A DNA stretch of 64,000 nucleotides from Methanobacteriota archaeon (GTDB lineage Archaea > Halobacteriota > Bog-38 > Methanoflorentales > Methanoflorentaceae). The stretch spans positions 32,001 through 96,000 of the forward strand of contig CAVRAO010000012.1 in assembly GCA_963719035.1 (NCBI GenBank). The letters are read 5' to 3'. The notes below the pieces were generated by a model that saw nothing but the letters and a program-made list of their open reading frames with translations, was not told where the DNA came from and made no database searches. A program made the translations under genes and the position numbers. Shown piece by piece: positions 30,858 to 40,611 of this stretch. Numbering within the stretch: the first letter of the stretch is position 1; every line of letters begins with the position of its first letter.

Positions 30858-31798
30858 CGGAAAACAATCTGGCGATTGATGTGACCAACCTCGCAAAGCG
30901 CTTTGGCCCCCTCGTCGCCGTTGACGGTCTCTCCTTTAGCGTCGCGAAAGGTGAACTGTTTGGATTTCTCGGCCCAAACGGCGCTGGAAAGACCACAACG
31001 ATCAGGATGCTCACGGGCCTGCTCACGCCGGACGCCGGGGAGATCTCGATTGGAGAGGTTAACCTACAAAAGCGTCCAATCGCTGCAAAGATGCAGATGG
31101 GCGTCATCCCCGAGATGAGCAACGTGTACACCGATTTAACCGCCAAACAGAACGTCGCGTTGGCAGGGCGGTTTTACGGTATGTCCCGCAAAGCAGCCGA
31201 AAAACGCGCTGACGAGCTCCTCGAGCAGTTCGAGCTCTCAGAAAGAAAGAATGACAAAGTCGGAGGGTTCTCCAAGGGCATGAAACAACGCGTGCTCATC
31301 GCAAGCGCTCTCGTACACGATCCGCACGTGCTCTTCCTTGACGAACCGACCTCAGGACTCGACGTGCACAGCCAGCGCCTTATACGGGCCATCATCAGGG
31401 AGATGAACGACGCGGGCACGACGGTGTTCCTCACGACCCACAACATCGAGGAGGCTAACGCCCTCTGTGATCGGGTTGCAATAATCAACCGCGGGAGGCT
31501 TGCGGCCATCGACACGCCTGAGCGGCTTAAGCAGGCGTTCAAAGAGACACAATCCGTCGAGGTCGCGTTTGATGAACCAGTTGATGTGAGCCCAATCGAA
31601 CGGAGCGGCCTCGTTATCAGGACGGAAAGAGATGGTGAGAAGTGGCGCTTTTACACCGACGATCCCGATGCGCTCGCCAAATTCATCTTCGCCCTCGCCG
31701 AAGCACAGCACCTCATCTTCACCGCATTGAGCATCGAGGGCGCCAGCCTCGAAGACGTCTTCGTCACCTTAACGGAGGGCACAGCACGTGTTCAGTGA
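30854..31798 (+). CDS. ABC-2/DrrA-type exporter ATP-binding protein
   Basis: GPNGAGKTT, FSKGMKQR, LFLDEPT, TTH. Confidence 0.93.
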   Translation: MTENNLAIDVTNLAKRFGPLVAVDGLSFSVAKGELFGFLGPNGAGKTTTIRMLTGLLTPDAGEISIGEVNLQKRPIAAKMQMGVIPEMSNVYTDLTAKQNVALAGRFYGMSRKAAEKRADELLEQFELSERKNDKVGGFSKGMKQRVLIASALVHDPHVLFLDEPTSGLDVHSQRLIRAIIREMNDAGTTVFLTTHNIEEANALCDRVAIINRGRLAAIDTPERLKQAFKETQSVEVAFDEPVDVSPIERSGLVIRTERDGEKWRFYTDDPDALAKFIFALAEAQHLIFTALSIEGASLEDVFVTLTEGTARVQ

Positions 31799-32548
31799 CT
31801 CCATGCGCAGCCACCTGCGCAGCATCGCGCTCGTAGCGGAAAAGGACATGCGCATCTACTACACGAAGCCGCCCGTGTTCATCTTCGGCTTCCTGTTTCC
31901 CTTTATAATGTTCATGGCGTTCTACTTCGGCCGCAGCGCCGACATGTACACGCTCTTTCCCGGACTTGCGGCGATGTTCGTCTTTTTCATCGCCTCGTCC
32001 GTCGGTCCCTTAATCACCCCGTGGGAGAAGCGGGCAGGCACCTATCAGCGGCTGCTCTCCTTTCCCGTCACCATCAACACCCTCATTCTCGGAGACGTTG
32101 TAGCCGGCATGCTCTTCGGCATCGTCATCAATGTCATCATCATTGCTCTAGGAATAGCGGCATTTGGCTACGCTGTGAGTGTTACCGGAGTCCTGCTGAT
32201 GGGCGTGAGCTTGATATTAGGCGCGTTCTGTTTCTCAGCGCTCGGCGTGCTCCTCGCGTCGCCAGCGAGTACAACCCGTCCAACGTCATGATGCTCTCAA
32301 GCCTCGTCCGCTTTCCCCTCATCTTTATCAGCGGTATTTTTGTACCGATCGCGAGCTTGCAGGGGATCGCGAAGGTCGCGGTCTACTGCTCGCCCATCAC
32401 CTACCTCGTCGCCGGGTTCGACCTCAGCTTGCTCGGCAGTACAGCGATACCTATCGTGCTCACATGGGCTGCGCTCATCGGCTTTAGCATCGTTTTCGTG
32501 GCGCTGGCAGGCGTGCTCCACCGGCGAAATCTCATGAAAGGCCTGTGA
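31788..32548 (+). CDS. ABC-2 type permease, frameshift near 32268
   Basis: Two overlapping ORFs join into a typical permease of about 250 aa (FPLIFISGIFVP, SPITY). Confidence 0.82.
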
Positions 32549-32820
32549 CTAACGCTGATTGTAGGATGGACGTCTCAGTGCAGTATTTCAGGTTGTTTCG
32601 TACCTTTAACTAACCACCAAGAACGTTCCAGCAAGTGACGCCGACTCATTTTGCGTCTGATCGAACACCAGCGAATCTGGCGCGGCTCTGTGATTGATAC
32701 TTGAAACCAAACATGTGAGCCGACTTCGAGGGACCGTTGTCTAACCGTATCAGTCGCCACAAAGGGCTGCCGTCAGCCGCACAAGTTTGTCGCTCTGTGT
32801 GTGCTTTGTGGCACACCTTG

Positions 32821-33144
32821 TCAAAAAATTCGCATCTTTTTATTCATAATATTCTTTTTGATCATATCCAGAGCGGTTTCCAGCGCTCCGCGAACTGCTT
32901 CATCTTGCTCATCGTTTAATGCGTAGATAAGAGACGCTGTTGCACTCGCATCGCCCATCATCCCAAGGGCCAATGCAACACTTAACCGCACGTCTGCATT
33001 GCTGTCCTTCAACGCTTGTGTAAGGGGGTGCACAGCTCGCGCATCTTCCAGCTCTCCGAGCGTCTCAGCGGCGCTCCGTCGAACCTTCGGGCTTTTGTCA
33101 TTCAATGCAGTGATTAACCCGTCAACATTATCTTGGGCTGCCAT
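32821..33144 (-). CDS. Short HEAT-repeat protein
   Basis: VRRSAAETLGELEDARAVHPLTQAL and VRLSVALALG units. Confidence 0.8.
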   Translation of the reverse strand: MAAQDNVDGLITALNDKSPKVRRSAAETLGELEDARAVHPLTQALKDSNADVRLSVALALGMMGDASATASLIYALNDEQDEAVRGALETALDMIKKNIMNKKMRIF

Positions 33145-33262
33145 CGTTATCACGTCGTTTGTAAGCGCGAAGCGCTAAGAGGGACTGAAGCAATGAAACG
33201 AAGTCACCCTTGCTGCGCTTTGGAGTGACTGCCATCACGGTACACCGCTTTCACATCCTCGC

Positions 33263-35419
33263 TCAAGCGTACCCATTAGAGGCATGCTCAAGCGCCGGGT
33301 GGTTTATCTTCTCCAAGTACTCCGCTAGCTCTTCAGCGTCTGTCGCGATCGTTTCATCAGCGATCTTTTCTACCAAATCGGACAATCCGACCTCTTTTGC
33401 CCGCTTCTCAAGATTTTCACGCAACGCTTCTTTCAACTCCTTGGGCATCCAGACGATTCTCGCGATGCCGCCATCCGCACGTATAAACTTCTTGCTCGTA
33501 ATGAACTGCCTCCCGATACCGACGAACCCGGGCGTTTGATTTCCACACCGACCGACCCCGCAAGAGTCGAGAACTTCGCGCCGATAGGGGTCATGTCGGT
33601 GTATTCTCGGTTGACCACGATGACCCCTTGCAAGTCACTGCTGATCGCCACAATACATTCAAAACACCCACACGACGTTTGCGGGTCCTCCATCATGGTC
33701 TATGATTCATTCGCTCGATGCGGCCATGGGTAAGCTCTCGTACGGCTTCGTTAACGTTTGTCCACTGGCCTTTCTGCTCATCGATGGCAGCGCCCTTTTC
33801 AACCGGCTTATTCGGTCCGTTTGAATCGATGCTAAACCCCGCAGCCGCATCAAGCCAATTCAATGCGCCACACAGCCCTAGGCGTTCAGGAGAGATGATG
33901 CACACGTGGCACGGTGCAAAGCTCTGACACAACGTACACGCGTAGAACTCGTTGACGCTTTCATCGGTCAGTCCAGCGACCCTCCTGTCCCTTTCAGCGT
34001 ATGACTCGTGGGCCTCTGGTAAGTGCTTTTCCACCTCATTCTGGTCGGTGATGATTGTAACTTGTAGCCGGCTGATAATTTCCCCGAACTCTTCCTTCAT
34101 TTTATGAGATAAAGGATATCACCGAAGTGCTTGAAGCGTAACCCGCTGGCCACACTATTCTTACTTAGTCGCACCCAGAGTAAGTTTCTCTGACCCGTAT
34201 GCCACGCGCCCTCTGCGTAATTGATGAACTGGTGGATGCGCCGTTCAACGACGGGTTCAAACTCCTTTTTCATGTGCTTGCCGTATACCTCAACAAATAT
34301 CCCAAGTGCTGATACGCTCCCCTCGTCCATCTCATCGACGTCCTTCCCGATCAGCGCGACATGACCGTCCTTAACCGCGTCGGCGTTGCGGATCTTCACG
34401 AGCTCAAACACCTTTGTCTTGGTTGGACCTCCACACTCGACGTAGGTCTGGGGCTTGCGCACCATTTCTCCCTCGAAGGCGAGACCATACGCTGCCGGCA
34501 GCGACACTTGGCCGAATTTCACCTCCATATCCCGTATCTCTATGGCGTGCGCGACGATCTGACTGTAGTCTTTTTCTACTTCGTACTTGCCCGGCACTTC
34601 CTCCACATCTTGATCGGTGATCGTCGGCGAATCGTTGAACATCGCTGCGAACGCAATCGAAGCCTTGATGTCGTCCACCAGCCCCATCTGGACAACAACT
34701 ACCTTCGGCCTTTTGACAAGGTAATTGTGGAGTTCTGCCCTATCCCCTGGTCGGATGTTACCAAAGGTCAATGCCGCTCTGATAGCAAAACTCAAAGCGT
34801 GAACAGCTTGTGTGGACTCGCCAACACAGAATAGTAATCTATCAATTCCTTTTTGCTCACCAATCTCGATCCCAGCTTCTTTGATCTGCTGTATCGTATC
34901 GAAGGTGGGAATTACGAGCATGCCCTTACTCTGGCAGTCCCTGATGATCTTTGCTAGTAGTTTAGGGTCCTTCGCCTTTCCTACCAACACTAAGACCCCA
35001 GGTATGGTATCATCAACGAATGAGATGCCTAACCTCCGGAGCACTTCGTCGGCAATGAACCCGGTGTATGGGGTATCCGCATACGGGTCAGGATTGTCGA
35101 TGTACTTGAGGGCCTCAACGATTTCTGCAGCGACCATAGTCGCTTCTCCTGAGGCCACAGCGTTGTCAAACGTGTACTCCTCTCTAATCTTGCCCCTCAC
35201 TTCTCCAAGAAGTCGCGGCAACTGCGCGAGTTTCGTCACTCTTTCGCCTGTCCACGCGGTGATGCATGGAAGATAGTACCCGGTGCTTGGGTATCCAATC
35301 TCCTTATCACGCCCGTGTTGACGTATCGCCTTATTGAGGAGCTGATCTGCGTATCCAGTCGCGATAATGGCCCCGTCGATCGCTTTCTTGTAGAGCGCAA
35401 CCTGAGAGAGTTTCAGCAT
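33263..35419 (-). pseudogene. acsB: Acetyl-CoA synthase (ACS), bacterial-type long form, split by 3-4 frameshifts (about 34100, 33700, 33547, 33290)
   Basis: Consecutive ORFs give N-domain YPSTGYYLP, FEGE, ERRIHQFINY, CTLCQSFAP.HVC..SPERLGLCGA, TSCGCFEC, GNQTPGF, RIVWMPK, HPAL; about 718 codons. Confidence 0.88.
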
Positions 35420-35467
35420 CTCTTCTCACTCGTCCTTAGTCCTCGCTTTGCACTTTTTCTCTATCGT

Positions 35468-35491
35468 ATTTATATATGATTATATATCAAT
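35468..35491. promoter_or_regulatory. Putative ArsR operator upstream of acsB
   Basis: ATTT ATATAT GATT ATATAT CAAT, about 50 bp upstream of the acsB ATG. Confidence 0.65.
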
Positions 35492-35821
35492 ATTATGCGC
35501 TGAAAAAAGCTAAAGCAATTGGTTTCAAGCACCAAAGCACGCCCCCAATTTATAAGTCGCAAATAAGTCCCCTTAAGACGTTTTTTGAATAGAACAGGTT
35601 GTGCTCGCAAAGAAAGAACCACCCTGTAAATTCTCCTTGCATATGGGCGTACTAGTTAAGGGCTATGGGTGGGGCTTAATTATTCTAGAGAATTCCTCAG
35701 GGTGATCCTTGGACACGATGTCCAACGCAGAAACTTGCACAACGATTCAGCTCACTTGCCCGTGGAGCGAAGCGGGCTTCAGATCGCGCTTAAAGTGTTG
35801 AGTAGCGTCAAATGGCAACGG

Positions 35822-35845
35822 AGATATATATGATCATATATATGC
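35822..35845. promoter_or_regulatory. Putative ArsR autoregulatory operator
   Basis: Perfect 20-bp palindrome ATATATATGATCATATATAT (35824-35843), about 35 bp upstream of the arsR ATG. Confidence 0.7.
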
Positions 35846-35877
35846 AGATTTAACAAAGGCATCCTAAGATAGACAGC

Positions 35878-36254
35878 ATGAAGATAAGTGACCCTATAAA
35901 ATCGCTTCAGAACTTTGCAGAGGCATACGACATCAACGTCGAGGAGCTAAAAGTACGCTTAACGAAATTGCCGAGGAGATTGATACGCGCGACACGTACA
36001 AACAGGCACGCACGCTCAAGGCAGTAGCTGATTCAACGAGGCTTAAAATTATCAAGGCTCTGAGCCAACACGAACTCTGTGTTTGTGAACTCATGTTGCT
36101 GCTCAATGCACAGCAGTCTGCTGTGTCACATCACCTGCGCATACTCAAAGACGCCAATCTCGTGGTGGAACGACGCCAAGGCAAATGGAGCTTCCACCGA
36201 CTTGCGGGCGATCGCCTTGGAACGCTTTTAAGAGCGCTTGACGAGTTGGAGTAG
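35878..36254 (+). CDS. arsR: ArsR/SmtB metalloregulator with ELCVCEL motif (missed by ORF track; apparent 1-bp deletion near 35958)
   Basis: MKISDPIK...ELKVR / LNEIAEEI...LKAVADSTRLKIIKALSQHELCVCELMLLLNAQQSAVSHHLRILKDANLVVERRQGKWSFHRL...LDELE*. Confidence 0.88.
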
Positions 36255-36376
36255 CGCGAATAGAGCCCATCTCAAATTGCTTTTTTTAGCACGCACGTAA
36301 CCTTCGACCAGTTTTACTGCACTTCGTTTTTGCTGGGCGAGAGAATGAGCACTACGGTTAGGGGCGCTTTCAAAAC

Positions 36377-36400
36377 ATTGATATATGTTAATATATTGAT
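36377..36400. promoter_or_regulatory. Putative ArsR operator
   Basis: ATTG ATATAT GTTA ATATAT TGAT. Confidence 0.65.
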
Positions 36401-36503
36401 ATTTAAGTAGACTGCAACGACAAGTCGTCGACGAACATAGCAGTCGTCCCGGTATTGCCTCAATCGCGCCTAGCGTAGCGGAGACAACTAACAGATATTT
36501 CAG

Positions 36504-37031
36504 GTGAATACTATGACTCAATCGCTTGCACGATGCATCACTGTAGAGCGCTTTCACTCAGTCAACAAACAAGACGATGCCGATGCTCAACGTGGAATGA
36601 TGGAGCTCAGCTTACGCGAGGACGTGCATGAGCTTCAGGGGGTTTTAGAAGGGGTAACGTGTATCGCATTGTGTGATGTCACAGTGGGTGAAGAAGATAG
36701 CCGTCTCGCAGTTGGCAAGAGTGAGTCGATCCGAATTACGTGCAAAGAGCTGGGAATTGCCTCCTTGCTGCTAGATGAGATACTAAATCCAAACTTTGGA
36801 ATGGGTTGCTGTGCTGCGTGCCCATATCAAGCAAACTCTGAGGCGTGCTGTAGGACTTTTACGGATGATGAGCTTGACTCAAAATCGATGTCGATGGCGC
36901 TGGTAGTCGCGGCTATATTGAAGTTGACATTCTGTTCTGAAAGTTCTACAAAGAGCAGTAATGCCAAAGATTCGCTCAGAAAAAAGATTATGCGTAAGTC
37001 TAATATATTTAGATATATTCATATGTTCTAG
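36504..37031 (+). CDS. Cys-rich hypothetical protein
   Basis: 175-aa ORF with GCCAACP and ACC clusters behind an operator copy; start and 3' end uncertain (overlaps the next promoter). Confidence 0.4.
   Translation: MNTMTQSLARCITVERFHSVNKQDDADAQRGMMELSLREDVHELQGVLEGVTCIALCDVTVGEEDSRLAVGKSESIRITCKELGIASLLLDEILNPNFGMGCCAACPYQANSEACCRTFTDDELDSKSMSMALVVAAILKLTFCSESSTKSSNAKDSLRKKIMRKSNIFRYIHMF
36999..37022. promoter_or_regulatory. Putative ArsR operator upstream of CMD-arsP-thioredoxin
   Basis: TCTA ATATAT TTAG ATATAT TCAT. Confidence 0.6.
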
Positions 37032-37067
37032 GTAGAATTTCCAAAGTCAGACGTAGTGGCTCACGAT

Positions 37068-37480
37068 AAGGAGAACGAAAATGACAGAAGAGAAGCAAAT
37101 GATTGTTGATGAAATCCTCACGATGATGGAAAAGGGGTTGGGGGAGGAGCCGAAGCCCATGGTGCTGATGTCAAAGCTTATCCCTGAGTGGATTCCGAGA
37201 CAAGCCCAGGAGAAGAAGTTCGTAATGGAGCAACTAAATCATATTCCATCCAAATACAAACATCTCATCATGATTGCTGCTTCGGCGGCCGTCGGTTGTC
37301 ATCTTTGTACCGAGACGTTCATCAAGATTGCCTGTCGCGCCGGCGTAACCAAAGAGGAAATCGCGGAGGCAATCCTTGCAACCCGGTTCGCCCTGGCCTC
37401 CACCACTTTTGCTACGGCGGTTGAGGGAATGGAATTTTTAACCTCCAAGGAGTGAGGGAAATGGACGAATAACGACACTA
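37068..37480 (+). repeat. 413-bp direct repeat, copy 1 (copy 2 at 42919-43331)
   Basis: Covers RBS, CMD gene and about 25 bp downstream; only difference noticed is 37163 T vs 43014 C. Confidence 0.92.
37081..37455 (+). CDS. Carboxymuconolactone decarboxylase/AhpD-like protein, copy 1
   Basis: KYKHLIMIAASAAVGCHLC...AGVTKEEIAEA motif. Confidence 0.88.
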   Translation: MTEEKQMIVDEILTMMEKGLGEEPKPMVLMSKLIPEWIPRQAQEKKFVMEQLNHIPSKYKHLIMIAASAAVGCHLCTETFIKIACRAGVTKEEIAEAILATRFALASTTFATAVEGMEFLTSKE

Positions 37481-37507
37481 AAAATTCAAAAAATTATGAG
37501 GTAACCT

Positions 37508-38494
37508 GTGGTTCCAGATATTTTACAAGAAGCTGTTAATTACCTAACATACGTGTTGATAGGGTTAGACCCTGCATCTCCGTTAGGCAGTGCAATCAAC
37601 TTCTTCATCTATGATACCATAAAAATTTTAATTTTATTAACGGTAATAATATTCGCTATAGCCTTCTTCAGAAGTTATATATCACCTCTAAAGGTTAGAA
37701 AAGCCTTAGGTAAAAGAAATGAGTATATTGGGAATGTGATAGCTGCTTTAATAGGCATTATCACACCTTTCTGTTCTTGCTCGGCAGTGCCGCTCTTCAT
37801 AGGATTCGTAGAATCAGGAGTGCCATTGGGAGTCACTTTTTCCTTTCTAATTGCTTCCCCTATGATAAATGAAATCGCCATTATCTTATTGTGGGGTTTG
37901 GTGGGATGGCAAATAACAGCCATATACATTATATCCGGTCTCTTCATTGCCATAATAGCCGGTATAATTATTGGGAAGCTTAAATTGGAAGGTGAGGTGG
38001 AGAGCTACGTTTATGAGATGATCGAAAAAATAAAAGCGGCGGAAGCATCAGGAATGACTCTGGAAGAGGATAAACAGACCTTAAAGGAACGTGCCCTCTC
38101 CTCAAGAGATTACACTAAAGACCTATTGAAAAGGATTACGCCTTACGTAATAATAGCAATTGGAATAGGTGCGATTATGCATGGATATATTCCCTCAGAT
38201 TTCCTTGTCACCTATGCTGGTGCAAATAATCCTCTAGCGGTACCCTTAGCAGTTTTGATAGGAGGACCTCTCTATTCAAATGCTGCAGGGATCATTCCAT
38301 TGGTTGCCGTCCTTATTGATAAGGGAATACCTCTTGGAACTGCTTTGGCATTTATGATGGCAGTAACTGCATTATCCCTGCCAGAAATGATTATACTCAG
38401 AAAAGTGTTGAAACCTAAACTCCTAGGAATTTTTGTCGCCACATTGGCAGTGTCTATAACCGCCGTAGGCTATTTATTCAACGCTATAACGTAA
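37508..38494 (+). CDS. arsP: ArsP/DUF318 permease (organoarsenical efflux)
   Basis: TPFCSCSAVP, FLIASPM, PLYSN, LSLPE motifs. Confidence 0.88.
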   Translation: MVPDILQEAVNYLTYVLIGLDPASPLGSAINFFIYDTIKILILLTVIIFAIAFFRSYISPLKVRKALGKRNEYIGNVIAALIGIITPFCSCSAVPLFIGFVESGVPLGVTFSFLIASPMINEIAIILLWGLVGWQITAIYIISGLFIAIIAGIIIGKLKLEGEVESYVYEMIEKIKAAEASGMTLEEDKQTLKERALSSRDYTKDLLKRITPYVIIAIGIGAIMHGYIPSDFLVTYAGANNPLAVPLAVLIGGPLYSNAAGIIPLVAVLIDKGIPLGTALAFMMAVTALSLPEMIILRKVLKPKLLGIFVATLAVSITAVGYLFNAIT

Positions 38495-38563
38495 AATAAC
38501 AGGATCTGTGTAAAATTCATTATTTTGAATATTAAATGTTGATATCAAGACAGAGGTGATTAT

Positions 38564-38803
38564 ATGAAAATAGCGGTATATGGACCGGGATGCGCAAACT
38601 GCCAAAATCTAGAAAAAAATGCTAAAGAAGCTGTCAAAGAAATTGGTATAGATGCTGAAATCACGAAAATTCAGGAAATTGACAAGATACTGGAATCCGG
38701 AATAATTGCAACTCCTGCATTAGCAATAGATGGAGAAATGAAATCCATGGGAAGGGTCCCGTCTGTGGAAGAAATAAAAAAATGGATTAAAGCTAAAATG
38801 TAA
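38564..38803 (+). CDS. Small redox-active disulfide protein (MTH895-type thioredoxin)
   Basis: GPGCANC...TPALAIDG...GRVPS. Confidence 0.9.
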   Translation: MKIAVYGPGCANCQNLEKNAKEAVKEIGIDAEITKIQEIDKILESGIIATPALAIDGEMKSMGRVPSVEEIKKWIKAKM

Positions 38804-39066
38804 AAAAAATCAAGAAAGAAATCCAAATTCTTTCAGCAGACCTTCTTTGAATCTTATAAGGCGATTTTCCAAACGTCTTTGTGCAAATTTATTACGCTTC
38901 AAATGCATCTCGGTGACCCTGATACTCCTTCTTTTTACATTCTTGGTTTCAGTGAAAATACTCGCACGACGGTAAATTGCGCTGTAACACAGTTGGTGAC
39001 AAACGCTGCGTCTTGCCACACGTCTCAACGATGCTGCAGCCCTAAAGCTTCGGAGGTGGTGACGAC

Positions 39067-39309
39067 GTGGATTTAGATGTGAATATTAAAGCTCACGACC
39101 TACTATGGCGACTTATGGATCCTGCGATTAAAAAGCGTTATACTGAAAGCTTTGGCGCAAGAAAGTCGCAGCTCGTTGACTCTGAGATGGCAAAACTTGT
39201 TAAATCCGGCCTCATCTTTGAAAAGGACAATCGATATGACCTTACCTCGAAGGGGCACTCAATCTATAACTTATTGACTAAACAGAAAGGCTGTTGTCAA
39301 CCTATGTAA
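39067..39309 (+). CDS. Small winged-helix protein with C-terminal CC
   Basis: GGAGGTG RBS; LVKSGLI...YDLTSKG wing; ends KGCCQPM. Confidence 0.65.
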   Translation: MDLDVNIKAHDLLWRLMDPAIKKRYTESFGARKSQLVDSEMAKLVKSGLIFEKDNRYDLTSKGHSIYNLLTKQKGCCQPM

Positions 39310-39424
39310 TCGTTAAGACGCAATTGCGGTTGCGAGCCATGAAAGGTATCGGGTCAGTGCGTTAGCAAGACGCTGTTGTTCATATCACGGGCTATTGAAA
39401 TGCGCGAAAGAAGAGGTTTCTTAC

Positions 39425-40513
39425 ATGGTTGAAAAACCCAAAGGACGGCTATCGTTCCTAAACGAATTCCTGACCCTCTGGATCTTTCTCGCGATGATTA
39501 TCGGCGTGACGATTGGGTACTTTTTCCCAGGCGTCCCAGGCGCGCTTAACCAACTATCCGTAGGCACGACCTCTATCCCCATCGCTATCGGGCTTATCGT
39601 AATGATGTACCCGCCCCTGGCGAAGGTACGCTATGAGGAGCTGGGAGCCGTCTTTCGGAACACGAAGGTCTTAGGCTTAGGGCTCGTGTTCAACTGGATC
39701 ATGGGACCGCTCGTGATGTTCGCGCTCGCCGTCATCTTTATGCGCAACTATCCTGAGTACTTCGTAGGACTCATTCTCATCGGCATTTCGCCGTGTATTG
39801 CCATGGTTATCATCTGGATCCACCTCGCTCGTGGCGACGGTGAGTACGCGGCGGCCTTGGTCGCCCTGAACTCAATTATGCAAGTTCTCTTTTACTCAGC
39901 GTATGCCTTCTTCCTCATCACGATCCTGCCACAGTGGCTTGGGATCACCCAAATAGCGACCGTGGTAAACGTGTCCATTGTCGAGATCGCGAAGACCGTG
40001 GCCATTTACCTCGGCATTCCGTTCGTTGCGGGGGTGATTACCCGATACGTGGGGTTGAAACTCAAAGGGCGGGAACGGTACGAAACGCGTTTCGTCCCTA
40101 GGATCGGACCAGTTTCGCTTATAGCGCTGTTGTACACTATAATCATAATGTTTTCTTTGAAGGGGAACCTCATTATATCGCTGCCACTTGACGTCGTGCG
40201 GATTGCCATCCCCTTGCTCGGCTACTTCATAGTGATGTTCTTCGTCCCCTTCTTTATCTGCTGGCGAGTAGGTCTCGATTATGCCAAAACGGCCACACTC
40301 GCGTTCACCGCGGGAAGCAACAACTTCGAGCTTGCCATAGCGGTAGCGGTCGGCGTCTTTGGCTTAAATTCCGGTCAAGCGTTTACTGCAGTGATCGGGC
40401 CGCTGATTGAAGTGCCCGTCTTAATCAGCCTGGTCAACGTAGCCCTATGGTTCTCCGCGAAGTATTTTACCTCTACCGGAGAGTCAACCGCGAAACGTTC
40501 TAAGCATAATTAG
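39425..40513 (+). CDS. acr3: Acr3 arsenite efflux transporter
   Basis: [48 protein letters not shown] motifs. Confidence 0.95.
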   Translation: MVEKPKGRLSFLNEFLTLWIFLAMIIGVTIGYFFPGVPGALNQLSVGTTSIPIAIGLIVMMYPPLAKVRYEELGAVFRNTKVLGLGLVFNWIMGPLVMFALAVIFMRNYPEYFVGLILIGISPCIAMVIIWIHLARGDGEYAAALVALNSIMQVLFYSAYAFFLITILPQWLGITQIATVVNVSIVEIAKTVAIYLGIPFVAGVITRYVGLKLKGRERYETRFVPRIGPVSLIALLYTIIIMFSLKGNLIISLPLDVVRIAIPLLGYFIVMFFVPFFICWRVGLDYAKTATLAFTAGSNNFELAIAVAVGVFGLNSGQAFTAVIGPLIEVPVLISLVNVALWFSAKYFTSTGESTAKRSKHN

Positions 40514-40558
40514 CGATTAGCAGGCAGCCGTTGATGCGAACCCGCAGCTATATATAGT

Positions 40559-40582
40559 ATTAATATATGCAAATATGTTTAT
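40559..40582. promoter_or_regulatory. Putative ArsR operator downstream of a TATA box
   Basis: ccgcagcTATATATA followed by ATTA ATATAT GCAA ATATGT TTAT. Confidence 0.72.
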
Positions 40583-40611
40583 ATATAAAGGGGCGGTGCA
40601 AAACGACCACA

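Noticed and set aside
33690-33710. TAG in acsB as pyrrolysine read-through or programmed frameshifting
   Set aside because: The TAG coincides with a frame change, several independent indels would need recoding, and no consistent slippery sites are visible.
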